A stretch of DNA of 64,000 nucleotides, from positions 2,480,001 through 2,544,000 of the forward strand of contig OX337241.1 in NCBI GenBank assembly GCA_946965045.2, in the 5' to 3' direction. This document shows positions 11,726 to 24,243 of this stretch, in pieces. The notes under the pieces were generated by a model. It saw only the letters and a program-made list of their open reading frames with translations. It searched no databases and was not told where the DNA came from. A program made the translations under genes and the position numbers. The stretch is from Epithemia pelagica. Its lineage: Eukaryota > Protista > Bacillariophyta. The stretch's first letter is position 1, and each line of letters starts with the position of its first letter.

Positions 11726-13525
11726 TAGATGTGCGGTTGGTTGTGCCTGTTGTGTGTGTCACGTGTCCCGTGAAGGAAGAACACGACACACCAAAAAAGG
11801 CCTCGGTCTGTACTTTACCCACCGGGCGCGCCCGGCGATCGTGAATGCGTTTCTGGGGGAAGCGGATAAGGGGGGAAGATGCCAGGATGCGAACTCCTCC
11901 TCCGAGCCACGCACGTATCTGCAAGCACAGATACTGTTCTTGCCATGTATGAAACTGCGCTCGGGAGGACGTGGGTGTGTGGACCCACAAAAATAGAAGG
12001 GGGTAACCACTTCCGTTTTTGCATGAAGTGGGGGGTTGGGGTTGGGGACCTATCGCGTGTCGCGTGTTGCAGTCAGTTGCGTGTTGTGGTACAAGCTCTC
12101 ACAATATGCATGCATCCTTGGTCTTGCTTCTCGATTTTTCTGGTTCCGAATTCATCTAGGAACTAGCTAGGTACTACTTTTTGATCAATAGTAATCGCAT
12201 TGTATTACTCAAGTCTTGTCTACGGAAGATTTGAACAGCACTGTCGTTCGCTGCCGGGACTAAGACTAGAGAGGATGAAGAATCGCATGGCGACCTCGCC
12301 CTTCCGTCAGGAAAACCCACGAGACACACACTTTGCGAGACCAAGAGTCCTCGAGACTCGAGAACTCGTCCCTGCCGACACGTTTGGAGAACGACGACGG
12401 CAGCAACGAAAAGAGCCGCACGGCAGGTACCCCTGACACTTTTTGTCGTCGCTTCGTCCCCGAAAAGACCAGGCAACGCCTGCTATCCTTGATATACTCT
12501 ACAGCAACAAGGTGAAGATGCACAGTACCACTCTCCCCAGATCAACTGCAAACCTCTTACTCCGACAGACACTACTACTTACCAGCCCTTCATCGGTTCT
12601 GGGTCCAGCTTCATCATCTTTTGTTGTTGTCCAGTCCCCATTATTATCATCATCATCTACCAACGACGGTTCCACGACAGCATTAGAAACAACAAGAATG
12701 CAAGGAACCAGCCATTGACCATACTTGTCTGCTTCCCCGCTGTTGTTTGCGACAGTACAAAGAAGAGAGACAATGAAAAAAGAAACAATTGGACCCAATT
12801 GGTGGGGACCCAGCCAGTCTTCATTAAGGGGGCTACGTAGTAAAGCAAGTGTAGTATGGGACCAATGACTTTTTTGGTCGGATTCTTTCTTGTGCAGTCT
12901 TCTTGAGTAAAGTATTGAAAGTGGGCAAACCCCCGTTGATTCCAAACCATCGTGAAAGTAGAATGCACGATTTGGTTGGGCCTTCTATTGGGGGAACCCG
13001 TCGTTTCCGTCACAACGACTACGAGCAAAGTATAGGAACGAGACGCGAGACCAAGCTGATTGGTCGTAAAGCAGGATCGAGTGGGTGAATGAGAAGGGAG
13101 ACGCCATCGGATTAATCGGCGTCTCGGGACGAGCGCAGCCAAGCCTATGGGACACAACTCGAAAGTCGATGCAATATTGAGATTCGCATTATTTGAAAGA
13201 AGTCACACTCAATGAGGCTAGCAGGACAAGTGATAAGTCAATGTCCGTCTGTATTCAGCATCTTTTCCGGACAAAGCCGACACCGATCAGTTGCTTCATC
13301 ACTCATCACGAGATAACTACTTTATCATTTCCATTCAAGAAGGACGAAGCCGAGTACTACTTTAGCTTTTAAGATAATAAGGCTTGTCTCTTCCTTCAAA
13401 TGGAAGGCATTCTCTTGAAGGCGTCTGTTCGCTGAAGAAAAAAGGACTATGGGAAAGAACGAATGACAAGCTCATTCAGTTTCACTAAGGGAGACAAATT
13501 CCGGAAGTTCAGATTCTTCTAGGTA

Positions 13526-14375
13526 GAAGCAACCTGACTAATTTGGCAGCCTGACTAAATTTGGTGGGCGGAATTCTTGGGTCACCGCGATGCCACCGTA
13601 GAAAACTTTGACAATTTATAACTTAACTTCTACTTAACCAATTTTGGAATTTGAGGTGTCATTCAAAAGCCCAGAACGAGATCTGTCGATTGGGCAGTTC
13701 AAAATGTGTTTTTGGCGCCAAATGGATGAAGGAAAGTTTAAATTGGTAGTCTAACTCAGCTACCTGCCCACACACAGTCTCGATCAGATTTGGTGCAGTC
13801 TAGCAAGAAACGACAATGACAAAGTCAGCATCCATCAAGGTAACATGAATGCATAGTGTGTACCCAACAACTTCATTGTTGTCAACATGCTACCTTCAGC
13901 TCCAACAGTATCATTATCATCACACAGACCTGATGATACACGCAGGAACCACTGTTGACATTCTCGCTGTGTCTTGTCCAGAAGGACTGGCATCTATCTC
14001 GACTCCAAGGGAACCAGCAGTATGAACAAGAAGAACTTGATCCTGTCTATTGAGAAAGCCATGAAGGACATGAAAGACAGAATGAATAGGGGAGAAATCC
14101 GATTAATTAGTGTTATAGTGAGAAGTTACGTGTCAATTCACGTGATAGCCCGTATAAAACATTTTGGTCCAAATTAGTACCGGCTATCGCGGTGCCAAAG
14201 TGTCAGGTAGACCAGATATTTGCCAGAATCCAGAAATCCAGAAAATCCTGAATAACTCGACCGGATAGAGCTCGTCGAGCTCTGTCGATTCCGCTGCTTA
14301 AAATTGAAAAAAGTCAACATGGTCGTGACTCAGAATTTCTGGCGTGACTCGTGCGCCAAACCGTCAGGTTGCTTC
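13526..14375. mobile_element. Non-autonomous DNA transposon (MITE-like, about 850 bp) with a TA target duplication
   Basis: TA|GAAGCAACCTGAC..tttggc at the left end and gccaaa..GTCAGGTTGCTTC|TA at the right end. No transposase ORF inside. Confidence 0.7.
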
Positions 14376-14556
14376 TAGTGAGCCAGATCAAATTGAAAGT
14401 GGCACGACGTCAAGTGTTTTCTTCTCCGTACTACTAACTACTACTCATACTTCTTCATCTTTTATATTCTTCACGCATGTTTGCTGAAAAAGTGTGTTGA
14501 GATCCGTGCAGGAGTAGCCAGCAGGGTTATTCTTCGGTTATGGTTCATGTTTCGCG

Positions 14557-14762
14557 TTCGATAACAAAACTCAAAAGATGGAGGGCTTGGGCTGGGGCGA
14601 GCCTGATCGAACTGATATTGGTAGAGAAGACACTCCGAAAAATCATGATTAGAGTGATTAGTACTACTAACTATTGTACGTACGTCAAGAGGGTCAAGGG
14701 CCACAAGCCACAAGCCACAAGCCACAAGTCACAAGTCACAAGGGTCAAGCTTTAAGCCGCCA
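14557..14762 (+). repeat. Dispersed repeat of about 200 bp, copy 1 (copy 2 at 26211-26398)
   Basis: ttcgataacaaaactcaaaagatggagggcttgggctggggcgagcc...ggtcaagctttaagccgcc is near-identical in both places. Confidence 0.9.
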
Positions 14763-15630
14763 CTAATAAGTTTGTACTCGTAATCTTATATCTTATGCCC
14801 TAACCCCTAACGTGGACGTTGGTGATCAATGGATCATGAATTCAACGTTTGAAGTTTGGTCGCGGATTTATGTCGAATTTGGGCGAATGACATCATGTAT
14901 TTTGCCTTCTCCTGCCCAACTGATGGTTCAGCGGTAGGCGGTCAAGCGTCAAGCGTCAAGCAGCTGACCTACTTGTACGAGGAGATTCCCAGCGCTTGAT
15001 TCGATAGCACATAGCACAGCTCTTGACCTTTACTCCTAGAGGTAGTCTGGTGTCTGGTTCCTTTCTCTCTAGCAGTACATCTAGGTAGGAGGTGGCACTA
15101 CCTAGGAGTATATAAGGCTTCTCGCCTTACATGTTACATGTAAGTTACATGGTCACGCAGAAGTTTCTCTCGCGAGTGACACCCTACTTGATTGATGATT
15201 GATCGTGCGGAGCTGGACCAAGGGTCATGGGTCATGGTCCCCAACCCCCAACCCCAGCCCCATTCCGCTCGTAACTTAAATATTAAATATTAAATGCTCA
15301 TTGAGTTGAATTTATCGTGCCAGGTGCCAGCTGCCGGCAATCAGCAAGGAAGCAAGAAGAAGGAGTAATTTTTGGCTCTATTGTTCATACTCGTAGCTCA
15401 TAGCTCATAGCGCTTGATAATATTTCTATTATACATTATTGTATGAGATATGAGAGAAGATAGAGAATGATATCAAAAATGTCCAAGGACCCCAAGGATC
15501 TCTATCATCTTTTGGAATATATGGTTGGGCCTTTTAAATCTCCGAAACAGAGACACCCTTTACCCTTTTGCTAAAACTAAACCGTCCACAAATTTGAGGT
15601 CTCATTTTTCTGAAGGACTATTGAAACAAC

Positions 15631-18600
15631 ATGATGAACTCAGATGACTCCGTTGCGTCCTCGGGCGTGGGTGGACTTAGCAATAAAGAGGAAGAGGATG
15701 ATGCATCTTTTCAACCGTCAGACGAAGCAAAAAACGAAATAGAAGAGATCAAAAAAATGATCAAAGACGAAACGCGCATCGTGCTCGCGTGGCGAATGGT
15801 CGTGATCGTGGCCATGCTACTTGTTTCAACTGGGGTGACTTGTGCCACATACTTCTTCCTTTCCAAACAAGAAGATGATGAGTACGAGAGCTCAGTAAGT
15901 GCTTTTGAGGAGAGGTGCGGTCATTCATGTGTGGTGTGTTCTAGTGCTTCTTACTATGTCCCTTGTTTCCTGTTACTGTAAAGTATGACCAAATCGTTTC
16001 GACAATGATGGATTCAATGCTGAGCCGAGTTGACTCTATCCGTTCCAGCTACAAAAACTTTGGAGATCAATTGACGTCAGTTGCCTTGACTGAAGGAAGT
16101 GAATGGCCCTTCTTCACCTACGAACATTTCAATCAGATTGCACAAAATGCGGAGGTACAAACAGGAGCCCTTGGAGTTTGGATGTTGCCTCTTATTTCTG
16201 AAGCTGAGACAGCCGAATGGTCGCATTACGTCATGACTCATAAGGACTGGTTCGGCGAAGAGCTTAGCAGTCAAATCCCGCCGGTGATCCACACAAGTAC
16301 TGCCAACGGTCCTATGACAATGGCAGACTATCCAGGACCATATGCCCCACTCTGGCAACTGCATCCACTACCGGCATACTCTCTGATGAATTTCGATTTG
16401 ATTCCAATTTCGGCCGAGCTCGAGGAGGGAATTCGAGTAGTTGAAAAGTTGGGAGACGGCGTGATCACCAATAGCTTTTCCACAGCGCTCATTGAACCTT
16501 TGTGGCCCTTTTTAAGCAAAATCAGATCCCATCCAAACGAAACTCTTTCCATCTACATGCAACCTGTCTTTGATGATTTCAACAAGTCTCGCCTAGCGTC
16601 CGTCGCACTTTTCTTCTTGCCATGGGGTTCCTTCTTTACGAATTCAATGCCGGACAGTGTCCGTGGGATTCATCTGGTCCTCAATAACTCGTGTGGGGAG
16701 GCCATCACCTGGGAACTTCAAGGCAACAAGGCTGTTTTCGCTGGCTTGGGAGATCTACATGATACTGACTATGATTCGCATAAAGTCCATTCTCCTCTTG
16801 GACTGTTTGAAGATGACGAGTTGGCTGCTGAGCTTGGAGTGTGCTTCTTTACATTGAATTTCTATCCATCATCGGTATTTGAAGATGATTACATTTCCAA
16901 TCGACCTGTGATTTCAACGGTGATTGTTGGCGCTGTTTTCATTTCAATCATGGCCGCATTCTTGGCCTATGATAGTTTTCAGCGGCGACGTAACACCAAG
17001 GTCATCATCATGTCTCTTTTCCCCAGTACCGTTCGTGATCGAATTTTAGAGCCTGTCCGGGCCAAGAAAGAATCTAAAAAGTCAAAGAATGATCCGTTTT
17101 CGTACAGCTCTTCAGACAAAAAACAGCTTCAAAACTTCCTCGACGGACATCATGAAAGGGAACAAGCAGCAACAATGGGGACGAAATCCATTGCTGATCT
17201 CTTTTTGGAGACCACTATCATGTTTGCAGATATTACAAACTTTACAGCGTGGTCGTCAGTTCGAGAGCCAACACAAGTCTTCACGTTGCTTGAGACTGTG
17301 TTCTCTGCGTTAGATCGCATTGCCAAGCGTCGTGGGGTCTACAAGGTCGAGACTGTGGGTGATTGCTACGTTGCAGTTGTCGGACTTCCGGTCCCTCGAA
17401 AGGACCATGCAGTGGTCATGGCGAAATTTGCCCGCGATGCCTTGGTCACGGTTAAGGATCTTGTGAAACAGCTAGAGCTGACTCTTGGACCAGACACTGG
17501 TGAATTGGGTATCCGAATCGGATTGCACAGTGGTCCTGGTAAGTTCACAAAACATTTTGCAGCAAATGAATCTGTAGATGATCTCTTACCTTTGTTTGCT
17601 TTGCAGTAACGGCCGGGGTCTTGCGCGGGGATCGTGCTCGCTTTCAGTTGTTTGGCGACACCATGAATACAACAGTAAGTGAATTCAATGCGTCCGAAGA
17701 CAAGTCCACGTCAAATTACAAGCTTGCTTTCTCACGACCAACGTCTTGCATAGGCTCGAATTGAGAGTACGGGGACACGCAACAGGATTCACATGTCCAA
17801 GGAAACCGCCGATTTGCTTAGCAGTGCTGGGAAGGGCCACTGGATCCAAGCCCGTCAAGATCTTGTTACGGCCAAAGGGAAAGGCACAATGAAAACGTAT
17901 TGGCTCAACCCCCTTGAAATCAAGGATAGTTACCCCGTCGCTCTCTCCACAAGTTCTTGCTCTCAATCGGAATATGACAATGTTAATACAACTCCTGATC
18001 AAGACGAGATTGCCAGCATTCACAAGCATAATCGTTTGATTGATTGGCAGGTTGACATGTTTGTTGGCCTTCTGAAACATGTTGTTGCGCGTAGAAATGC
18101 ATGCAAGAAGCTTACAACCACTGCGACTCTAGACAAGGACAAGCTTGACTGGAAGCCTGCCTCAGGCAAGATATGTCTAGATGAAGTCAAGGAGATTATT
18201 GAGCTCCCCGAGTTCAATGCACGTGCTGCACGCAGCAAGGAAGATCCGTCGAAAATTGACTTGGGACTCCTTGTTGTGGAGCAACTTCGGACCTATATCA
18301 GCACAATTGCGAGATCATATCGACAAAATCACTTTCACAACTTTGCCCATGCTTGTCATGTAACCATGTCAGTGAAGAAACTGTTATCGCGCATTGAGGC
18401 ACCAGAAGGCCTCGAAGACAGTATACTGGACAATGGAAGAAAGAGCATCCCAGAAGAGCCCAGAGATAGCCGCATGAAAGGAAAGATTGCCTCGTCACTT
18501 CATGACCATACGTATGGCATCACGTCGGACCCACTCACACAATTTGCCATGGTGTTCTCTGCTCTTATTCACGATGTTGACCACATGGGCGTCCCAAATG

Positions 18601-19676
18601 AAGTTCTTGTCAAAGAGGAGGAGTCCTTAGCCAACAAGTATCGCAGCAAAAGTGTTGCGGAACAACATTCCATCGACGTTGCGTGGAATCTCTTGCAGGA
18701 GGAACAGTTCAAAGAACTTCGTGGTTGTATCTATGCGACAAAGTCTGAATTCTATCGATTCCGCCAACTTGTCGTACAGGCTGTTCTGGCCACGGATATC
18801 GTGGACAAGGAATTGAAATCACTCCGCAATGCTCGCTGGGACAGTGCATTTGCTGACTCTCATAGAGAAGAGAACCCCCGCGACACGGTAAACCGTAAAG
18901 CAACCATTGTTATTGAACATTTGATCCAGGCTTCAGATGTTGCCCATACAATGCAGCACTGGTAAGAAGAAATTGTTCCAAATGACGGCGTGATCCTCCT
19001 GCCTTGAACATTGCAACGAATTGCTCACCGTTTTCTCTTTGCAAACCTTTGTCTGCCCAGGCATATTTACCGAAAATGGAACGAGAACTTTTTCCGAGAA
19101 TGCTACCAGGCGTACAAGCTCGGCCGTACGGATAAGAATCCAGTGTCTTACTGGTATAAGGGCGAGCTTGGCTTTTTCGACTTTTACATCATCCCATTGG
19201 CCAAGAAGCTCAAGAAATGCGGAGTGTTTGGGGTCGCCAGCGACGAATACTTGAACTATGCCCTGAAGAATCGACAAGAATGGGAAGATCGTGGGCAGCA
19301 GGTGTTGGAGGAAATGATTCAGTCCATGAACCCATCGGAGGCTCAGGAGAAAACAATGGACAATAGCAAGACCAAAAACGACACGCTCACCAACACCAAT
19401 GAAGTGGCTTCCTATTCATCTCCGTCCAATGCGACAATCGTGGGTGTCAAGTCACCGTCGTACCAAGCCAAGATATATTCACCCCCAATGATATCGGAAA
19501 ACAAAGTAGATGCCCCTTTCCAGGAAAAGTCGTTCGTGCTCGCCCAAACCGTCACCCATCACCAAGGCCCTGGAGGCAGTGCATATTCTGACAACCTGCT
19601 TTCGGACGCGGTGGTCCTTGCCTCATTACAGGAGCAAGAAGTTTTTGTGGAAGAGGACGAAGATTTTCCCAACTAA
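15631..19676 (+). CDS. Receptor-type adenylate/guanylate cyclase fused to a 3'5'-cyclic nucleotide phosphodiesterase (5 exons)
   Basis: Exons 15631-15894, 15984-17538, 17607-17674, 17754-18961 and 19061-19676 join in frame at GT..AG introns. Two TM helices flank an extracellular domain. Cyclase motifs: FADITNFT, KVETVGDCY, RFQLFGDTMNT. PDE motifs: HNFAHACH, HDVDH, LATDI, ASDVAH. Confidence 0.92.
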
Positions 19677-22073
19677 CTCATGAATCGTGTACAACATACA
19701 ATGGGGAGTGTCGATGCCATCGGGATATTTTTGCGTGTCGACCAAAGTATTCAGCATTATACAAAGAAAAAGCCAATCAGCAGAAAAAAGCGACACGTCG
19801 AAAAGACAAATAATTTTTAGGAAATACTTTTGTGAACAGTAATGTCATATGAGTTTCGTTCTTACACATGGAGGTCCACTGATGTTAGGCCAGGCATTAT
19901 TTTGTGCAGTGCTTTGACGCATGTTCAATGTCAATGTCCTCTCCTCGTGGCCATTCTCGATACTTGTGTGTCTCAAGATGCCTGTGGTTTTGGGTGGTAT
20001 TGGTCATTACATTCTCAATATCCTTAACCCTTTGCGCCGATTCAGGAATCGGTCTGTCAGTGACTTTTTGACGGGCGATCGGTCCATGGCGAGCAACACG
20101 ATCACGTACTCAGCAAAGCACCAAACGTACTCGTAGTACCCGCTTTCTGGTGGCACTAACGACAACCAGGAATGACGGCAACAAGGACAATGGTACTACT
20201 ACAGAATCCACAACCATCATATCATGTCGGAGAGTCTTCTCGAGTCGTTTTGTTGTTGTTGTGGGATCCCCACATGGCGTGGCTCGCTTGTCGCACGGAG
20301 TATAGGTGGTGTGTGGCGCACCAATTTGTCTTGGAGGATGCATCAGAAGAATGGTCCTATGCGAGAGTATACTTGTGTTTGTCATCCAAACTTTCTCGTG
20401 AAAAGAAGTAGACTGTCAACTTCTTGCGCTTTGATACCTTGCTCCGAGTCGAAAGGCCGACGATATCGACCCTGAGACATTGGTAATTAGCATCGTCCGC
20501 TCCAAATGAGAGACATTAGAAACAATGGCAGATGAATGCCTTCAAAACCAGGCAATGAAGAACCCAACAGATACAACTTGATACAAGTGTCCGCCAGGAA
20601 CGACACTGAGCACGAAAACCACAAGGAGCCTCGTTCCATTCTAACATTGGCAGTATCGTCCGTGGAGCAAAGACATGTTGTCTGTATCGATTCGCTCATG
20701 GAATAAGTCTTGTGATATAGTTGAAAAGCTGAGAGACGGATTGATTGCGGTAGTCTTGTCGGAGTGTCTTGTCGCGGGACCACATTTGTGTGTCGCACTT
20801 AGATCTCTGACCCTACCGGAAGTCGCACCTGGGTCTCTGACCCTTTCCTATTATCTTATTATTTATATTGTCTGCAAGGGCAATACTATTTTCTACATAC
20901 TTGCAGCAGACCACAAAATCACTGGCTGGATTGACAAAACGCGAACTTTTCCTCACAGTACGAGTACTCGTCACAAAAAAATGTGTCAAGTGTCTACGAT
21001 AAACGATATTCGGTCATCGTGTCGCTATCTGGGGAAGTATACCACTCATATTTGTATTATTAGATCCGCAATTCGCATAGTTCCAAACTCCAAACCACTT
21101 CGTGCGAAAGATGTCACTGTCCACTGTCTATGGTCTTTTGAAGGCGCAGCAGTCTGAGAATTGGCGAGGCAAAGGATGATTTTTCCTGTCCTCAGTCCTC
21201 AGTCCTCAGTCGCGAACTACCAACTGTAAATGCTCCAAATCTAGGCAGAGTTCAGAATTGTCTATGCATCAAGAAAACTAGTCAACTGGTGTATTGGTTT
21301 CACCCAAGTGCCATATAGTGTTCATAAGCAAATAATAAGGAGCAATGACTTTTTCGCTTTTTGGTTTGATCCTAATTCTCAATTCTACACCATCTTTTCT
21401 TGTCGTAGAATGCCAGATAACCGGAATTCGCATTATTCCAAGCCACGTCAAACGAGAAGGGTTCTTCATGTCAAACGAGAAGGGTTTGGTTTGCTATAAC
21501 ACCGTTGGGCGTCGTCCTGGTGTATTCCAGATTAGAAGGGGTGTAACAAGTCCGATTGGAGTGCATCTCTCTTTTGTTCGGATCTTTTGTAGGTCAAGAG
21601 GGGATGAGGCTGTGTTGCCGCGTTGTTGGAGAGTGGGTCCCAGCAGTGACAAGAGAGGATTCTCCTTAACCTCAACCGCAAACCTTGTCCTTCTGGAACG
21701 ACAAAAAGCACTGAAATCCATAGAGATTCAAGCAAACAGAGTAGATAAAACAATTCTTATGAAAAACGTTTTTTTATGAACCAAAAATAATAATATATTC
21801 TCCTTGTTGCATCTGCGTAACAAGAAGAAACGTTGTTGTAATTTGAATCTACCACAAGATAGAAGCCATCTGCTTGTACCAGTCGATCGTAGGTCGTGGA
21901 CAGCAAATCGTTGCATCAAGCCCAAGAATATTGAGGGTGTATCGCATTCCAGCGCCGTTGGATCATGGTGTTGCTGTTGGGTTGGTACCCTTGCTACCGT
22001 CCTGGAGCTGCAGATTCTTGCTGTCGTCTTCTTGAAGACTCTCCCCATTGTATTCCATTTTTGCGTATTCACT

Positions 22074-23495
22074 TCATGGAGTACTAGTAGTAGGTGGTGT
22101 TCCAAGGCATTCGCCAATCCAATGTTGCAAAACTTGAAAGGTAGCGGCAGCACCATGATTGGGCGTTGTGTGGGAGAGTTGGGCCAATGCCACGGGAAGA
22201 ATGGCAGCCGTGACACGCACATGGCCATTCGAATCCATGGCAATGGGGGGCAACAAGGTTTGGGCCTGTGCCAAGCGACGATTCCGTTTCAAGAGGCCTT
22301 GTACCCGTTCTTGATACTGGAAGGGGCGGGAGGTGAAGCGCGGTGTAAAGTGTTGCAAACTGGCATTTTGTTGCAAGGCCTGAACAAGTCGAGGGACGAG
22401 GGCGGGCGGATATTGCGTCAAAATCTTGAGGGTTTGCAAGGCTTGGAATTGGGGAATGTATCGAAGCAAGATTTGATTGCCCTCGTCACGCAAGCCAAAG
22501 CCGGAAAATTCCAAATTCAAGGAGGTCAAGGTTTGATTGGCCGCCACGGCACGCAACAAGGCTTCGCCCATGGCTTGCGACAAGCGACAATAGCGCAAAC
22601 TCAAGGATTGCAATTGGGTATTGTGAGCCAAGGCCGACAAGAAGGGTCTCAGCAAGTGTTGGGCTGTTTCGGTGGTGGTAGAGGCATGTGCCACGGCGGC
22701 AAACATGGTACTGGAATGATCCAAGGTGAGCGATTGCAATTGACTCTTGGGATTTTGCAACACTTGGGCGACACTGGTATTGAGAAAGTGCATGGAAAAG
22801 TGGGCATTGGCACTCAAATCCAATGTTTGCAAGCGTGTGGCATGCTCCAACAGGAGCGAGGCCGATTCTTGACTCAAGAGACAGCTGTGCAACTTGAGTT
22901 CCTTCAATACCGAGTGTTGAAGACCTTGAAGCAAATCTTGAACAATGGTGGCATCGAGACAATGGCCTGACAAGTCCAGTGATTGGAGGGTAGAATTGGC
23001 CGTCAAGAGTTGCTTCAAGGGTGTCTGGTGTGCTTCCAAATAGTCGGAACACAAGTAATTGGACACATTCAAGTCCACAACGGTCGTGTTGGTGTGAAAG
23101 GCAGCCAAGAGCTGGGTAAAGTCGGACTTGGCAAAAAACTTGGCCGCACTCAAATTGACGTGGCTGGGACAATGGCGATCGTTGGCAATCAAATCGACCA
23201 ATTCTTCCAGGACACGAGGCTCACCAAAGTCGCACTGCGACAAATTCAATACTTGAACGGCCTCCTTCTTGGACTTGGCTTGTTCCACCAGAGCACTTCG
23301 AATGGCTTGCATGTCAGTGATGGTAACAACTCTGTGCTTGAGGAAAATGTCTTGATCGTCATCTTCATGATTGGCCTCTTCTTGGTGGTCTTGGGATCTC
23401 TTGATCTCCACCTTTTTCACAGGGACCTTTTTCATTCGAAGAGTGCAAAAGCCTTCTTCGTGTGTGACTTGGATCAAATCGTTTCTCATTGACAT
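22074..23495 (-). CDS. Leucine-rich repeat protein (RNI/NLRC3-like LRRs)
   Basis: Repeated LxxLxLxxN/C units (LQSLDLSGH, LKELKLHSC, LQTLDLSAN, LQSLSLRYC, LTSLNLEFS) and a C-terminal LKRNRRL...LP tail. ATG at 23495 is the likely start within the 23747 ORF. Confidence 0.75.
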   Translation of the reverse strand: MSMRNDLIQVTHEEGFCTLRMKKVPVKKVEIKRSQDHQEEANHEDDDQDIFLKHRVVTITDMQAIRSALVEQAKSKKEAVQVLNLSQCDFGEPRVLEELVDLIANDRHCPSHVNLSAAKFFAKSDFTQLLAAFHTNTTVVDLNVSNYLCSDYLEAHQTPLKQLLTANSTLQSLDLSGHCLDATIVQDLLQGLQHSVLKELKLHSCLLSQESASLLLEHATRLQTLDLSANAHFSMHFLNTSVAQVLQNPKSQLQSLTLDHSSTMFAAVAHASTTTETAQHLLRPFLSALAHNTQLQSLSLRYCRLSQAMGEALLRAVAANQTLTSLNLEFSGFGLRDEGNQILLRYIPQFQALQTLKILTQYPPALVPRLVQALQQNASLQHFTPRFTSRPFQYQERVQGLLKRNRRLAQAQTLLPPIAMDSNGHVRVTAAILPVALAQLSHTTPNHGAAATFQVLQHWIGECLGTPPTTSTP

Positions 23496-24123
23496 TTTTG
23501 ATGTTCGGTTGAAAAACCTTGCCCTTTTTGTTTTTATGGGAGGAGTGTGATCTAAGATTTTTTGATGGCTTGATTGGCCGTGTCTTTGACAAATTGTGGG
23601 ACGAATCCACCAGCCGGACACTGAGCCACCAGAGAACAAACCAAACAACGTGCGCAAGTTCCAAAGTCGCATGCGTATTGCAACAACTCTTGCCTGACAG
23701 ATGTTGTCCAAAGTGTGAGACATGGGACAAGGTAAAAGGCGAAACACAGATTCAAGACAGGGAAAAGGAGACTACCCATTGAAGGGCTGTAGTCTTTGTA
23801 TCTTGAAAGTTTGTAGGGCCTTTCTCAATTCGGCTTAGGCTTGAATGGAGACTGTTCTTCAAGAAGGATGGTATCAAAGCGAACTCGAGTGATCCAGTGA
23901 AAGGATATTTGGTAGGACAAAACACTACACACTACGAATATTGACAAGACGTCTAAATTGGAAAGAAGACAAAGAAGTGGTTGTAGAACAGACAGTCAGT
24001 CCCAGATGTCCACGCAGGAATGAAATAATCCCTGGCGCCATTTCGATGGTCGCATCGTTGTCAGGAGTTTGAGGGATGAACATTACCTCGGTTTTGTTGG
24101 CCAAGTCGCGGTAAAATCGCACC

Positions 24124-24243
24124 TTCTGATGGCCATTTGATCGACAATTTTGCGATGACTAGAAATAGTCGACCTGGGTAGCTCCGTAGTAATTGGTAAT
24201 GATCAGCGTCTTAAAAGTTATGTTGGCCGAATGGCCATCAGAA
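24124..24243. repeat. 120-bp segment bounded by a perfect 14-bp inverted repeat (possible tiny MITE)
   Basis: ttctgatggccatt (24124-24137) and aatggccatcagaa (24230-24243). Confidence 0.45.

Noticed and set aside
12499-13157. Minus-strand ORFs of 148 and 166 aa
   Set aside because: No recognisable motif or splice structure and non-ATG starts; cannot be supported as genes.
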